Source: Burkholderiales bacterium (GTDB lineage Bacteria > Pseudomonadota > Gammaproteobacteria > Burkholderiales > SG8-41). From it: a stretch of 64,000 nucleotides of DNA. The position numbers were made by a program, and so were the translations under genes. The stretch is from NCBI GenBank assembly GCA_036398235.1, contig DASWHI010000117.1, forward strand, positions 588-64,587, written 5' to 3'. Of the stretch, positions 1-14,133 are shown in pieces; the first letter of the stretch is position 1, and every line of letters begins with the position of its first letter. The notes under the pieces were generated by a model. That model saw only the letters and a list, made by a program, of their open reading frames with translations. It had not been told where the DNA came from and ran no database searches.

Positions 1-637
1 GGGTGCTGGCACCGATGAACACGCCCATCGAAATGACGCTTCCTTCCTCGACCACCACGCCTTCGACGATCTCGGAGCGCGCGCCGATGAAGCACCCGTC
101 CTCGATGATGGTGGGACCGGCCTGCAGCGGCTCGAGCACGCCGCCGATACCGACCCCGCCCGACAGGTGCACGTTCCGGCCGATCTGGGCGCAGGATCCC
201 ACCGTGGCCCACGTGTCCACCATGGTGCCTTCGTCGACGTAGGCCCCGATGTTGACGAAGGAGGGCATCAGCACCACGTTACGGGCGATATAGGCGCCGC
301 GCCGCACCGTGGCCGGCGGCACGACGCGAAAGCCGCCTCGCCCGAATGCCTGCTCAGTGTAGCGGGCGAACTTGGAGGGAACCTTGTCGAAGTAGCGGGT
401 GGCGCCGCCTTTCATCACGAAGTTGTCCTGCAGCCGGAACGACAGCAGCACTGCCTTCTTGATCCACTGGTGCGTGACCCACGCTCCCGCCGCCTTTTCC
501 GCGACGCGCAGCCGCCCCGTATCGAGCCCGGCGATGGTCTGCACGACGGCGCGTTTCAGCGCCGCACCGGCCTTGCGCGGGGTGATTTCGGCCCGGCTCT
601 CCCACGCCCGCTCGATGACGGCCTGCAATCCTTTCAT
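1..637 (-). CDS. dapD: 2,3,4,5-tetrahydropyridine-2,6-dicarboxylate N-succinyltransferase (3' end lies outside the window)
   Basis: Reverse-strand translation from the ATG at 637 reads [20 protein letters not shown]...[12 protein letters not shown], followed by hexapeptide-repeat sequence. It is absent from the ORF track because it runs off the edge. Confidence 0.85.
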   Translation of the reverse strand, partial: MKGLQAVIERAWESRAEITPRKAGAALKRAVVQTIAGLDTGRLRVAEKAAGAWVTHQWIKKAVLLSFRLQDNFVMKGGATRYFDKVPSKFARYTEQAFGRGGFRVVPPATVRRGAYIARNVVLMPSFVNIGAYVDEGTMVDTWATVGSCAQIGRNVHLSGGVGIGGVLEPLQAGPTIIEDGCFIGARSEIVEGVVVEEGSVISMGVFIGAST

Positions 638-678
638 GCGGCGATTCCTCTTCGTGTCAAAACGCGGACCACCGGCGA

Positions 679-1098
679 TCAGCCGCGCGTGCTCGGGAAC
701 GTCGGCAGCGGGTCGAGACTCACGGGCGGACCCGGTTTCCAGCCGGGTTCCGCGTGCTCGGCGACGACCGTCGTGAAGATCCCGCCCCGAACGTAGAATT
801 TGGCGGTGAGCCGCATGAAGCGCGGGCGCGTGACGCGCACCAGGTCATCGAGGATGCGGTTCGTCACGTCCTCGTGGTACGCGCCCCGGTTGCGGTACGA
901 CCCGACGTAGAGCTTGAGGCTTTTCAATTCGACGCAGCGCGCGGCCGGCACGTAATCGAGCACGAGGGTCGCGAAGTCGGGCTGGCCGGTGCGCGGGCAC
1001 AGGCAGGTAAACTCCGGTATTTCCATGTGAATCCGGTAGTCGCGCGCGGGACGGGGGTTGGCGAAGGTCGCGAGCTTCGCGCTCGGTCGTTGCGGCAT
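679..1098 (-). CDS. queF: NADPH-dependent 7-cyano-7-deazaguanine reductase (short type I form)
   Basis: 139-aa ORF with [15 protein letters not shown] and the Y..YRN.G.YHE motif typical of QueF. Confidence 0.85.
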   Translation of the reverse strand: MPQRPSAKLATFANPRPARDYRIHMEIPEFTCLCPRTGQPDFATLVLDYVPAARCVELKSLKLYVGSYRNRGAYHEDVTNRILDDLVRVTRPRFMRLTAKFYVRGGIFTTVVAEHAEPGWKPGPPVSLDPLPTFPSTRG

Positions 1099-1176
1099 TA
1101 TCGCGGCGGCCCAAATCCGTTAGAATGTCATTCCCAAATGGCCTGCGGATTATAACCTCTACCCCAGACCGCTCAA

Positions 1177-4100
1177 TTGCGACTCAAACAGATCAATCTG
1201 GCAGGCTTCAAGTCTTTCGTAGACCCCACCCACATACCCGTCCCCGGACAACTGGTAGGCATCGTCGGCCCCAACGGCTGCGGCAAGTCGAACGTCATCG
1301 ACGCCGTGCGCTGGGTGCTCGGCGAGACCTCCGCGAAGCACCTGCGCGGGGACACCATGCAGGACATCCTGTTCAACGGCTCGGGCCAGCGCCAGCCGGT
1401 GAATCGCGCGAGCGTCGAGCTGATTTTCGATAACAGCCTCGGCCGCGCGGCGGGACAGTGGTCGAGCTACGCCGAGATCTCGGTGAAGCGCGTGCTCGCC
1501 CGCGACGACGAGTCCACCGCCTACTACATCAACAATGTCCACGTGCGGCGCCGCGACGTCGCCGATATCTTCCTCGGCACCGGCCTCGGCAGCCGCGCCT
1601 ATGCCATCATCGAGCAGGGCATGATTTCGCGGGTGATCGAAGCGAAGCCCGAGGACCTGCGGATCTTCCTCGAGGAGGCGGCCGGCGTCTCGAAGTATCG
1701 CGCGCGCCGCCACGAAACCGAGCTCCGCCTCCAGGATGCGCGCGAGAACCTGCTGCGGGTGGAGGACGTGCGCGCCGAGCTCGAGAAACAGCTCGAGCAC
1801 CTGCAGGCGCAGGCGGAAGTGGCGACCCGCTATCACGAACTCCAGGCGCGGACGCGTGCGACGCAGAACCTGCTGTGGCTCCTGCGAAAACAGGACGCGG
1901 GCGCGCAGCGCGAGCGCCACGCCAGGGAGGTCGAACGGGCAGGGCTGGAGCTGGAAGCGCAGACCGCCGCGCTGCGCGCGGCCGAGATGCGTCTCGAGGA
2001 GATGCGGGAACAGCATTTCCGCTCGAGCGACGCCGTTCACGCCGCGCAGGGCGCCTTCTACGAAGCTAACGCGGAGACCGCGCGCCTCGAGCAGGAGATG
2101 GCGCATCTGCGTGAGAACCGCCAGAGGGTTGAGCGCGAGCTCGCCGACTTGCGCGCCCAGATCGATCGCGATCGTGACCAGCTGGCAGCGGCCCAGGCGG
2201 AGCTGACCGAGTGGCAGGGCGAACGCACCTGCGCCTCACAGCGGCTCACTGCGAGTGAAGCCGCACTGAAGCTCGAAGCAGGCAAGCTGCCGGTGGCAGA
2301 GGAGGCCTTCAAGGCCACCCGGGGCCGTTACGAGGAACTGCAGCGCACGCTTGCGCTAGCCGAGCAGGCGGCCGGTGTGGAGCGCACCAAGCACGAGTAT
2401 GCGCGGCAGACCCTGGAACAGCTTGCGCAGCGCACGCAGCGGCTGACTGACGAGCGCTCCGGATTGCAACCCGCGGATGCCGCTCAGCTGGCGCTTCTGC
2501 GCAACAATATCGCCGCGCTGGAAAATGAGTTGCGGGGATTCTCCGGAACGCTCGCGGCGCATGAGGCGCAGTTGCCACAGGCCGAGCAGGCACTGCGGGA
2601 TTGGGATGCGGCGGTCGAGGGCGCACGCGAGCGCTTGACCGGGGTCGACGCGCGGCTGCAGGCCTTGCGCCAATTGCAGGAACAGGTTGCACGCGGGGCA
2701 CAAACCGAAGGCTGGCTCGAGACCCGCGGGCTCAAGGGCGCGCCGCGGCTGTGGCAAGGCATCCGCATAGAGCCGGGCTGGGAGGGCGCGCTCGAGGCGG
2801 TTCTGCGCGAGCGCCTGAACGCCATCCCGTTGGAGCGACTGGAGCAGGCTGAAACCTGGTTCGCCGAGCCCCCTCCGGGAAAAGTCACGATATTCGCCGC
2901 GACGCGCGAGGTCGGGCAGGCGTCTGCGACGCTTGCCGGCTGCGAACCGCTAAGCCGCTACGTGAGCTGTACCGATGCCCGCATGGAGGCGGTGCTCGCG
3001 GACTGGCTGCACCGGGTCTATGTGATCAGCGATGCGGCAGGCGGCCTGGCGGCACGCGCGCAGCTTCCGGAGGGTGCGCTGCTCGTGACGCGCGAGGGGC
3101 ACATATTCACCCGTCACGCGGTGAGCTTCCATGCGCCCGACAACGAGCTTCACGGGGTATTGACCCGGCAACGCGAGATTGCGCAACTCGACGGCACGTT
3201 GCAAGAGGCACGGGCCGAGGTCGAGGAACTGCGAACGGCAGCAACCGCTGCCGAGCAGGACGTTCACGGGCGGCGCGCACGAATCGGCACGCTGCGCGAA
3301 ACGATCGGCGAGCGGCAGCGGCGCACCCATGTGCTGCAGCTCGAGGCAACGCGGCTCGCGGCAGTCGATGAGCGGGTGCGGAGCCGCACGCAGCAGATTG
3401 CGGCAGAGCTTGCCGAAATCGATGCCCAGGCGGACGTCACCTACGCGGCGGAGCAGGCGGCGTCGCGCCGCATAGCCGAACTGCAATCCGAAGTGGAGGA
3501 GCTGCGCGCCCAGCTGGCGTTGGCGACCGACCTCTACCAGCGCGCCGAGGGCGTGCTGGAGCGCCAGCGGTCAGCCTTGCAACAGGCGCGCGACGAGGCC
3601 CAGGCGGCGACTTTTGGAAAACAGTCATGCGACTCTAAAATCAATGAGATAGATTCATCAATTAAGGTTATTTCTGAAGGCGGCGAGAGGCTCCATTCGG
3701 CATTCGAGTCCAGGCAGAAGGAGTCCCAGAGTTTCGACGAAGCGCCGGTTCAGCAGCGCCTGCAGTTGGCCTTGACGACACGCACTCAGTGCGAACAGGC
3801 GCTGGCGCGCGCGCGCGATGCGCTGGACGGCATGGAAAACGGCCTCAAGGCGGTCGATGCAGAGCGCCACGCAGCGGAGCAGCAGCTCGAGCCGCTGCGC
3901 GAGCGCAGCGCGGAGGCGCGGCTCAGGGAACAGGAAGCGCGCTTGAACGAAGAGCAGTTTGCCGCGCAACTGACGGCTGCGGGCGCGATCGAGGACGAAG
4001 TTGCGCGGCAGTTGGAAAAGGGCATGCGGCCGGGCACGCTGGCCGCCGACATCAACCGGCTGGGCGAGGAAATCAATTCCCTCGGCGCGGTCAATCTGGC

Positions 4101-4701
4101 TGCGCTGGAGGAGCTCGAATCGGCACGATCTCGCCGGGATTACCTCGACTCCCAGTCGCGCGACCTGAATGAGGCGATGGCGACGCTTGAGGACGCGATC
4201 CGGCGCATCGATCGCGAGACGCGCGAGCGGCTCCAGCACACCTTCGATGAAGTCAACCGCCATTTCGGAACCCTGTTCCCGGCGCTGTTCGGCGGCGGAC
4301 AGGCGCGGCTGGTGCTGACCGGCGAGGAGATTCTCGACGCGGGCGTGCAGGTCATCGCGCAGCCCCCTGGCAAGAAGAACACCACCATTCAACTGCTTTC
4401 GGGCGGCGAAAAGGCGCTCACGGCGCTCGCGCTGGTATTCTCGATGTTCCAGCTGAACCCGGCGCCGTTCTGCCTGCTCGACGAAGTCGACGCGCCGCTC
4501 GACGATAATAATACCGAGCGCTTCTGCGAGCTGGTGAGAACGATGTCGCAACACTCGCAGTTCCTGTTCATCAGCCACAACAAGATCACCATGGAGATCG
4601 CCGAGCAGCTGCTCGGCATCACCATGCAGGAAGCCGGAGTGTCGCGCGTCGTGGCGGTCGATATCGAAGAGGCGATGAAGCTGTCCGAAGCCGCGGCCTG
4701 A
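1177..4701 (+). CDS. smc: chromosome segregation protein SMC
   Basis: 1174 aa. N-terminal Walker A (GPNGCGKSN), long coiled-coil middle, C-terminal LSGGEK signature and Walker B (LLDEVDAPLD). TTG start. Confidence 0.95.
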   Translation: MRLKQINLAGFKSFVDPTHIPVPGQLVGIVGPNGCGKSNVIDAVRWVLGETSAKHLRGDTMQDILFNGSGQRQPVNRASVELIFDNSLGRAAGQWSSYAEISVKRVLARDDESTAYYINNVHVRRRDVADIFLGTGLGSRAYAIIEQGMISRVIEAKPEDLRIFLEEAAGVSKYRARRHETELRLQDARENLLRVEDVRAELEKQLEHLQAQAEVATRYHELQARTRATQNLLWLLRKQDAGAQRERHAREVERAGLELEAQTAALRAAEMRLEEMREQHFRSSDAVHAAQGAFYEANAETARLEQEMAHLRENRQRVERELADLRAQIDRDRDQLAAAQAELTEWQGERTCASQRLTASEAALKLEAGKLPVAEEAFKATRGRYEELQRTLALAEQAAGVERTKHEYARQTLEQLAQRTQRLTDERSGLQPADAAQLALLRNNIAALENELRGFSGTLAAHEAQLPQAEQALRDWDAAVEGARERLTGVDARLQALRQLQEQVARGAQTEGWLETRGLKGAPRLWQGIRIEPGWEGALEAVLRERLNAIPLERLEQAETWFAEPPPGKVTIFAATREVGQASATLAGCEPLSRYVSCTDARMEAVLADWLHRVYVISDAAGGLAARAQLPEGALLVTREGHIFTRHAVSFHAPDNELHGVLTRQREIAQLDGTLQEARAEVEELRTAATAAEQDVHGRRARIGTLRETIGERQRRTHVLQLEATRLAAVDERVRSRTQQIAAELAEIDAQADVTYAAEQAASRRIAELQSEVEELRAQLALATDLYQRAEGVLERQRSALQQARDEAQAATFGKQSCDSKINEIDSSIKVISEGGERLHSAFESRQKESQSFDEAPVQQRLQLALTTRTQCEQALARARDALDGMENGLKAVDAERHAAEQQLEPLRERSAEARLREQEARLNEEQFAAQLTAAGAIEDEVARQLEKGMRPGTLAADINRLGEEINSLGAVNLAALEELESARSRRDYLDSQSRDLNEAMATLEDAIRRIDRETRERLQHTFDEVNRHFGTLFPALFGGGQARLVLTGEEILDAGVQVIAQPPGKKNTTIQLLSGGEKALTALALVFSMFQLNPAPFCLLDEVDAPLDDNNTERFCELVRTMSQHSQFLFISHNKITMEIAEQLLGITMQEAGVSRVVAVDIEEAMKLSEAAA

Positions 4702-4715
4702 CGCGGACCTGGTCC

Positions 4716-7893
<3,178 letters not shown>

Positions 7894-7896
7894 CCC

Positions 7897-8778
7897 ATGT
7901 CCAGAATCACCAAGGCGGTGTTCCCGGTGGCGGGCCTGGGCACGCGCTTCCTGCCGGCGACCAAGGCAAGCCCCAAGGAGATGCTGCCGGTCGTGGACAA
8001 GCCGCTCATCCAGTACGCGGTGGAGGAGGCGGTGGCAGCCGGCATGACCGAGATGATCTTCGTCACGGGGCGCGGCAAGCGCGCCATCGAGGATCACTTC
8101 GACAGGGCGGTGGAGCTGGAAGTCGAGCTGGCAGAAAGCGGGCGCACGGAGCTCCTCAGGATCGTGCGGAACATCATTCCGCGCCGCGTGAGCTGCACCT
8201 ACGTCCGGCAGGCGCAGGCGCTGGGGCTCGGACATGCGATCCTGTGCGCCGAGCCGGTGGTGGGGGATGCGCCCTTCGCGGTGGTGCTCGCCGATGACCT
8301 GATCGACGGCGATCCGCCCGTGTTGCGGCAGATGGCGCGGATCTTCGAGCGCCGCCGCTGCCCGGTGGTGGCGGTGGAAAACATCGCGCGCGAGGAGACG
8401 CGGCGCTACGGCATCGTCGCCGTGCCGCGGAAATCACGCTCGCCTCATCGCATTACCGGCATCGTGGAGAAGCCGGAGCCGCGTGCCGCTCCGTCCACGC
8501 TCGGCGTGGTCGGCCGCTACCTGCTGACGCCGCGCGTGTTCCACCATCTGCGCCGGGTCAGGCCCGGCTCCGGCGGCGAGATCCAGCTGACCGACGGCAT
8601 TGCGGCGCTGCTCGGCGAAATGGACGTGCTGGCTCACGAGTTCCACGGCGTGCGCTACGATTGCGGAAGCAAGCTCGGCTACCTTCAGGCCAACGTCCAG
8701 CTCGGGCTGAAACACGCGGAAGTGGGCGCGGCATTCGGACGCTACCTGCGCGGGCTGCGGGGCCGCGCTGCAAAATAG
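7897..8778 (+). CDS. galU: UTP--glucose-1-phosphate uridylyltransferase
   Basis: [35 protein letters not shown]-terminus is typical of GalU. Confidence 0.92.
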   Translation: MSRITKAVFPVAGLGTRFLPATKASPKEMLPVVDKPLIQYAVEEAVAAGMTEMIFVTGRGKRAIEDHFDRAVELEVELAESGRTELLRIVRNIIPRRVSCTYVRQAQALGLGHAILCAEPVVGDAPFAVVLADDLIDGDPPVLRQMARIFERRRCPVVAVENIAREETRRYGIVAVPRKSRSPHRITGIVEKPEPRAAPSTLGVVGRYLLTPRVFHHLRRVRPGSGGEIQLTDGIAALLGEMDVLAHEFHGVRYDCGSKLGYLQANVQLGLKHAEVGAAFGRYLRGLRGRAAK

Positions 8779-8792
8779 CCTTCACTCATTGA

Positions 8793-9347
8793 GTGGCATT
8801 CACTCCCGACCAGGCGCGGCGCGTGCTCGAGACGGCGGATCTCATGTGTTCCGCCGCGGCCGTTTCCACGGCGGTGAGCCGTATTGCGCGCGAGATCACC
8901 GCCGCGCTTTCCGGCAGCTTCCCGCTGGTGCTGTGCGTGATGCGGGGCGCCGTCGTCTTCGCCGGCCAGTTGCTGCCGCAGCTCAAGTTTCCGCTCGAGT
9001 TCGACTATCTCGACGTGAGGCGTTACGGCGACACGACCCGCGGGGGAGCGATCGAGTGGCGCGTGTTGCCGGGCACCGCCGTGGCGGAGCGGACGGTGCT
9101 GGTGCTCGACGACATTCTCGACCAGGGGAGCACGCTGGCTGCGGTGCGGGAAAGGCTCCTTGCGGCGGGCGCGAGCTGCGTCTATTACGCGGTACTGACC
9201 GAAAAGGACACCGGCGGCGCGAAACCGATGCACGCGGACTTCGTCGGCTTGCGCCTGCCCGATCGCTACGTGTTCGGATGCGGAATGGACGTCGGCGGGG
9301 TCTGGCGCAACCTGCCCGAGATCTACGCCCTGAAGGAGGAGAATTGA
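8793..9347 (+). CDS. hpt: hypoxanthine-guanine phosphoribosyltransferase
   Basis: 184 aa with the PRPP-binding motif VLVLDDILDQGSTL and type I PRTase length. Confidence 0.8.
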   Translation: MAFTPDQARRVLETADLMCSAAAVSTAVSRIAREITAALSGSFPLVLCVMRGAVVFAGQLLPQLKFPLEFDYLDVRRYGDTTRGGAIEWRVLPGTAVAERTVLVLDDILDQGSTLAAVRERLLAAGASCVYYAVLTEKDTGGAKPMHADFVGLRLPDRYVFGCGMDVGGVWRNLPEIYALKEEN

Positions 9348-10090
9348 TAGGAATCATCGGCGGCAGCGGCCTGAGCGAGCTCGAAGGCGTGGAAGGCGCG
9401 CGGCGCCGCGCGGTGCGCACTCCGTATGGAAGGCCTTCCGGCGCGCTCGTCCTCGGCACCCTCCGCGGCCGCAAAGTGGTGTTCCTCCAGCGCCACGGTC
9501 CGGGGCATGCGATCCCGCCGCACGAGGTCAATTACCGCGCCAACATCTGGGCGCTGCACGCGCAGAAAGCGAGGAACGTGGTGGCGATCGCGGCTGTGGG
9601 CGGCATCCGCCGGGATCTGGGACCCGGCGCGTTTGCCGTTCCCGACCAGATCATCGACTATACCCATGGGCGTGCCTCGACTTTTTACACGCGCGGTCGC
9701 GGCCCGGTGACGCATATCGATTTCACCCGCCCCTATTGCGAGGCCATGCGTCAGCGGCTGCTCCGCGCCGCGCGCGCGGCGGGAGTCGCGGTGGCGGCCG
9801 AAGGCACTTACGCCGCCACGCAGGGACCGCGGCTCGAGACAGCGGCGGAAATCGGGCGCCTCGAGCGCGACGGCGCCCACCTGGTCGGCATGACCGGCAT
9901 GCCCGAGGCGGCGCTCGCGCGCGAGCTCGGGCTGTGCTACGCCGCGCTCGCGATCGTCGTCAACCACGCCGCCGGCCGCGGCGCGGCCGAGCGTGAAATC
10001 CGCCCCGCGGAGCTGCGCGTCGTGGCGGAGCGCGCCACGGGGCGCGTGCGCGCGATTCTCGAGCAACTGGTGATGCTCGATGGCGATTAG
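9344..10090 (+). CDS. S-methyl-5'-thioadenosine/thioinosine phosphorylase (PNP family)
   Basis: The [10 protein letters not shown]-terminus, [18 protein letters not shown] and MTGMPEA motifs match MTAP-type phosphorylases. The TTG start at 9344 overlaps the hpt stop; the upstream part of the track ORF (8789-) overlaps hpt out of frame and is rejected. Confidence 0.8.
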   Translation: MIGIIGGSGLSELEGVEGARRRAVRTPYGRPSGALVLGTLRGRKVVFLQRHGPGHAIPPHEVNYRANIWALHAQKARNVVAIAAVGGIRRDLGPGAFAVPDQIIDYTHGRASTFYTRGRGPVTHIDFTRPYCEAMRQRLLRAARAAGVAVAAEGTYAATQGPRLETAAEIGRLERDGAHLVGMTGMPEAALARELGLCYAALAIVVNHAAGRGAAEREIRPAELRVVAERATGRVRAILEQLVMLDGD

Positions 10091-10613
10091 GACAGTGCTG
10101 CGGATGGGGGACCCGCGCCTGCTCGAGCCGGCGCGGCCGGTGGAGCGATTCGACACACCGGAGCTGCACGCGTTGATCGCCGACATGAACGACACCATGC
10201 GGGCGCTCGACGGCGCGGGCCTGGCGGCGCCGCAGATCGGGGTGGGCCTGCAGGTCGCGGTGTTCGGCGTCGAGCGCAATCCCCGTTATCCCGACGCCGA
10301 GCCGGTCCCGTACACCGTGCTGGTCAATCCCGCGCTCACGCCGGTCGGACGCGAAATGGAGGAGGGCTGGGAAGGGTGCCTCAGCGTGCCCGGCATGCGG
10401 GGGCTGGTGCCGCGCTACCGGCAGTTGCGCTACCAGGGCTGCGACCCCTACGGCCGGCCCCTCGACCGCACCGTGAGCGGATTCCATGCCCGGGTGGTGC
10501 AGCACGAGTGCGACCACCTCGCGGGGATCCTCTACCCGATGCGCATCCGCGACCTGCGCAACTTCGGCTTCAACGAGGAGCTGTTTCCGGGGCAGGACCT
10601 GCAGGACGAGTGA
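10080..10613 (+). CDS. def: peptide deformylase
   Basis: [16 protein letters not shown] and HECDHL motifs. Confidence 0.93.
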   Translation: MAIRTVLRMGDPRLLEPARPVERFDTPELHALIADMNDTMRALDGAGLAAPQIGVGLQVAVFGVERNPRYPDAEPVPYTVLVNPALTPVGREMEEGWEGCLSVPGMRGLVPRYRQLRYQGCDPYGRPLDRTVSGFHARVVQHECDHLAGILYPMRIRDLRNFGFNEELFPGQDLQDE

Positions 10614-10730
10614 AGTTTCAAGTTCCGAGTTGCGAGTTTCGAGTTGGAAGCCCGCATCGGTCGGGAATTCTTGCTGGCGGCAGTCGCCGCGCACGAGGCA
10701 ACTGGAAACTCGAAACTGGAAACTCGAAAC
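10614..10730. repeat. imperfect ~32-bp inverted repeat built from GAGTTTC/GAAACTC-type subrepeats; probable bidirectional terminator between convergent def and glnD
   Basis: Left arm agtttcaagttccgagttgcgagtttcgagttgg. Right arm caactggaaactcgaaactggaaactcgaaac, which contains two tandem 14-nt units. Spacer ~50 bp. Confidence 0.6.
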
Positions 10731-10733
10731 CGG

Positions 10734-13328
10734 CTACGTGCGCAGCTGCTCGACCAGATCGCTTTCCAGCCGCACCACCGTCTTTGCGTTCTTGAGCGCC
10801 GCGCCGGTGATGATGAAGACGTCCTCGGCGCGCGCGCCGAGCGTGTTGATCTTTGCGGTGTGCAGGTTGATGTCGTAGGCGGTCAGCACCCGCGCGATGC
10901 GGGAGAGCAGTCCGGGGCGGTCGCCGGCGATGATCGAGAGCACCGACGAGGTGCCTTTCTCGTCCGGCTGGAGGTTGACCTCGGGCGAGATCGGGAAATG
11001 CCGCAGCTGGCGGGAAAGCCGCGGACGGGTGAGCGGCGGCAGCGGCGCCTTCAGCCGCAGGCGCTCGGCGAGATCATGCTCGATGAGCCCGATCACGTCG
11101 CGGTACTGCGGGCGGCGGTTGTTGGCGTCCTGCACCTGGAAGCTGTCGAGCGCGTAGCCATGACGCGTGGTGTAGATCTTTGCCTCGTAGATGTCGTAGC
11201 TGATGTGCTCGAAGAAGCTGCAGATGCGCGCAAACAGCTCCTTCTGGTCGGGCACGTAGATCATGACCTGCAGGCCTTCCCCCGCGGGCGACAGGCGCGC
11301 CTTGACGACCGGGTCCTGGCTCTGCACCCGGTAGTAGAGCAGCCGGGTGTGCCAGGCGATTTCCTGCGGCTCGTGGCGCAGGAAATAGGCGTCCTCGAGC
11401 CCCCTCCACAATTTCTGCTCGGCGGCTTCCGGTACCGCGTAGAGCCGCAGCTTGGCGCGCGCCTCGTTCTGGCGCGCCTGCAGGCTGCTGGCGAGCGCGA
11501 GACTGTCCCCTGCGAGCAGCCGCCGGGTCGTCCAGAACAGGTCCTCGAGCAGCTTGGCCTTCCACGCGTTCCACACCTTGGGGCTGGTGCCGCGGATGTC
11601 GGCGACGGTCAGCAGGTAGAGGGCGGAGAGGTGGCGTTCGTCGCCGACGCGCTGCGCGAAGGCCTGCACGACGGCCGGGTCGGCGATGTCGCGCTTTTGT
11701 GCGGTCATGGACATCACCAGATGGTTCGCGACCAGCCAGGCGACGAGCTCTACGTCCTCGGGCGCGAGGCCATGGTCGCGGCAGAACTGCCGTGCATCCG
11801 CCGCCCCCAGCTCCGAATGGTCGCCGCCGCGTCCCTTGGCGATGTCGTGAAAGAGCGCGGCAAGGTAGAGCACCTCGGGGCGCTCGAAATTGCTCATCAG
11901 CCGGCTGCACAGCGGAAACTCGTGCGCGAGCTCCGGAATCGAGAAGCGGCGCACGTTGCGCACCACGCGCAGGATGTGCTCGTCCACCGTGTAGACGTGG
12001 TAGAGGTCGTGCTGCATCTGCCCGACGATGCTGCCGAATGCGGGAAGGTAGCGGCCGAGAACCCCGTACTGGTTCATGCGCCGCAGCGCGCGTTCCACCC
12101 GCGTCGGGCTCCGCAGCAGCTGCAGGAATTGCTGCCGGTTGCGCGGGTTCTTGCGGAAGGCCGGGTTGATCAGCCGACGTGCCCGCCAGAGCGCGCGCAG
12201 GGTGGGCGCGCCGATGCCCTTCAGCTCGGGATGCTGCTGCAGGAGAGTAAAGCACTCCAGTATCGCGGAGGGCTCGCGCTCGAACAGGCGCTCGTCGCGC
12301 GCCGCGAGCAGCTCGTCGCGCACGCCGAAGCGCTCGTTGATCGGGTGATAGCCCTTGTCGTGCGGCGGCGCAACGCGCGCATCCAGGTTCTGCAGCACGA
12401 AGGTGGCGAGGCGCGTCACCGCCTGCGCGGTCCGGTAATAGCGCTGCATCAGCTGCTCGCTGGCGAGGCGGTGCGGGCGGTCGTGCAGGCCGAACTCGCG
12501 CGCCAGCGCGGTCTGGAAATCGAACAGCAGGCGATCCTCGCGCCGGCCCGCGAGGTAATGCAGCCGGATGCGCAGGGCCTGCAGGAACTGCTCGTTCTGG
12601 TGGATCTCGCGCACCTCGGCGCGGGTGATCACACCCCGGCGCGCCAGCTCGCCCCAGCTCGCGCCGATGCCGGCCGCGCGCGCGATCCACAGCACGGTCT
12701 GCAGATCGCGCAGCCCGCCGGCGGACTCCTTGATGTTGGGCTCGAGGTTGGTCTCGGCGTAACGCATGTGGCGCTGCTGCTGCTCGAGCAGCTTCGCCTG
12801 CAGAAATGCGGAGGGGTCGAGGGCGTCACGCACGCGCTTGACGAATCGCGAGAACAGCTCGCGCCTGCCCGCAAGCAGCCGCGCCTCGAGCAGCGTGGTT
12901 TGCACGGTGACATCCGCCGCGGCCAGCGCAAGGCATTCGTCGATGGTGCGCACGCTGTGGCCGACCTCGATTCCGATGTCCCACAGCGTGCCGATCAGGC
13001 GCTCGATCTTGCGTGCGCAGTCGGCGTCCGCCGGTCCCGGGAGCAGGATCAGGATATCGACATCCGAGCAGGGGAAGAGCTGTCCCCGGCCGTATCCGCC
13101 CACCGCGGCGAGCGCAATTTCGCGCGGCATGGCGTGGCTCACCCAGACTTCCTTGAGCTGGCGGTCGACCAGCGCAGACTGGCGGCGCAACAGCTCTTTC
13201 GGAAAATTGCGCGAGGACAATTCCTCGCGCAGCAGCGCACGCGAGGCCGCGAGTTTTTGCTTCCAGTGTCCCGCTCGGGCGTGCGCCGCGATTGCCGGGG
13301 CGGCGGTGGCGGTTTGCAGATCGGCCAT
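10734..13328 (-). CDS. glnD: bifunctional [protein-PII] uridylyltransferase / uridylyl-removing enzyme
   Basis: 864 aa with a nucleotidyltransferase N-terminal region (GGYGRGQLFPCSDVDILIL), an HD domain (LFHDIAKGRGGDH) and two C-terminal ACT-like regions. Confidence 0.93.
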   Translation of the reverse strand: MADLQTATAAPAIAAHARAGHWKQKLAASRALLREELSSRNFPKELLRRQSALVDRQLKEVWVSHAMPREIALAAVGGYGRGQLFPCSDVDILILLPGPADADCARKIERLIGTLWDIGIEVGHSVRTIDECLALAAADVTVQTTLLEARLLAGRRELFSRFVKRVRDALDPSAFLQAKLLEQQQRHMRYAETNLEPNIKESAGGLRDLQTVLWIARAAGIGASWGELARRGVITRAEVREIHQNEQFLQALRIRLHYLAGRREDRLLFDFQTALAREFGLHDRPHRLASEQLMQRYYRTAQAVTRLATFVLQNLDARVAPPHDKGYHPINERFGVRDELLAARDERLFEREPSAILECFTLLQQHPELKGIGAPTLRALWRARRLINPAFRKNPRNRQQFLQLLRSPTRVERALRRMNQYGVLGRYLPAFGSIVGQMQHDLYHVYTVDEHILRVVRNVRRFSIPELAHEFPLCSRLMSNFERPEVLYLAALFHDIAKGRGGDHSELGAADARQFCRDHGLAPEDVELVAWLVANHLVMSMTAQKRDIADPAVVQAFAQRVGDERHLSALYLLTVADIRGTSPKVWNAWKAKLLEDLFWTTRRLLAGDSLALASSLQARQNEARAKLRLYAVPEAAEQKLWRGLEDAYFLRHEPQEIAWHTRLLYYRVQSQDPVVKARLSPAGEGLQVMIYVPDQKELFARICSFFEHISYDIYEAKIYTTRHGYALDSFQVQDANNRRPQYRDVIGLIEHDLAERLRLKAPLPPLTRPRLSRQLRHFPISPEVNLQPDEKGTSSVLSIIAGDRPGLLSRIARVLTAYDINLHTAKINTLGARAEDVFIITGAALKNAKTVVRLESDLVEQLRT

Positions 13329-13332
13329 GCTC

Positions 13333-14133
13333 TCAGCTCTGGAGCGGGGGCCGCGGCGGCGCGCCTTCAGACACGGTGAGGACCTCGTGGCCGTACTCGG
13401 TCACCAGCACGGTGTGTTCCCACTGCGCCGAAAGGCTGTGGTCCTTGGTCACGACCGTCCAGCCGTCAGCGAGCTGCCGGATGTCCGCCTTGCCGGCATT
13501 GATCATGGGCTCGATGGTGAAGGTCATGCCCGGCTCCAGCCTGAGCCCGACGCCCGGCCTGCCGTAGTGCAGCACCTGGGGCTCCTCGTGGAACTTCCTG
13601 CCGATGCCGTGGCCGCAGAACTCGCGCACCACGCTGTAACCGTGGCCTTCCGCGTGCTCCTGTATGGCGTGCCCGATATCGCCGAGATGCGTGCCGGGGC
13701 GCACCGACTCGATGCCCCGCCACAGGCACTCGAATGTCACCTCGCACAATCGCCGCGCCTGGATGGAAGGGCTCCCGACGTAGAACATGCGGCTGGTGTC
13801 GCCGTGGTAGCCGTCCTTGATGACGGTGATGTCGATATTGACGATGTCGCCGCTGCGCAGCTTCTTGCCACCGGGCACGCCGTGACAGACCACGTGGTTC
13901 ACGGAGGTGCAGATCGAGCGCGGGAACGGCCGATAGCCGGGCGGGGCGTAGTTGAGCGGAGCGGGGATCGCGTGCTGCACATCGGCAATGTATTCGTGGC
14001 ACAGGCGGTCAATTTCCCCCGTGGTCGCGCCCGGCTTGACATGGGGAGTGATGAAGTCGAGCACGTCCGAGGCGAGACGGCCGGCCACGCGCATCTTTTC
14101 GATTTCGTCCGGGGTCTTGATGCTGACGGCCAT
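13333..14133 (-). CDS. map: type I methionine aminopeptidase
   Basis: An internal ATG at 14133 gives MAVSIKTPDEIEKMRVAGRLASDVL. Metal-ligand context present (DIVNIDITV, HGIG, FTIEPM, EHTV). Confidence 0.92.
   Translation of the reverse strand: MAVSIKTPDEIEKMRVAGRLASDVLDFITPHVKPGATTGEIDRLCHEYIADVQHAIPAPLNYAPPGYRPFPRSICTSVNHVVCHGVPGGKKLRSGDIVNIDITVIKDGYHGDTSRMFYVGSPSIQARRLCEVTFECLWRGIESVRPGTHLGDIGHAIQEHAEGHGYSVVREFCGHGIGRKFHEEPQVLHYGRPGVGLRLEPGMTFTIEPMINAGKADIRQLADGWTVVTKDHSLSAQWEHTVLVTEYGHEVLTVSEGAPPRPPLQS

Noticed and set aside
10699-10730. Short tandem repeats considered as a possible CRISPR or minisatellite
   Set aside because: There are only two 14-nt units, with no spacers and no cas genes. 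They form one arm of an inverted repeat. No CRISPR array was seen anywhere in the window.
10644-13379. 911-aa ORF on the + strand
   Set aside because: It lies exactly antisense to glnD, whose product has clear domain motifs. Its translation is Arg/Ala/Gly-rich low-complexity sequence, typical of high-GC antisense frames.
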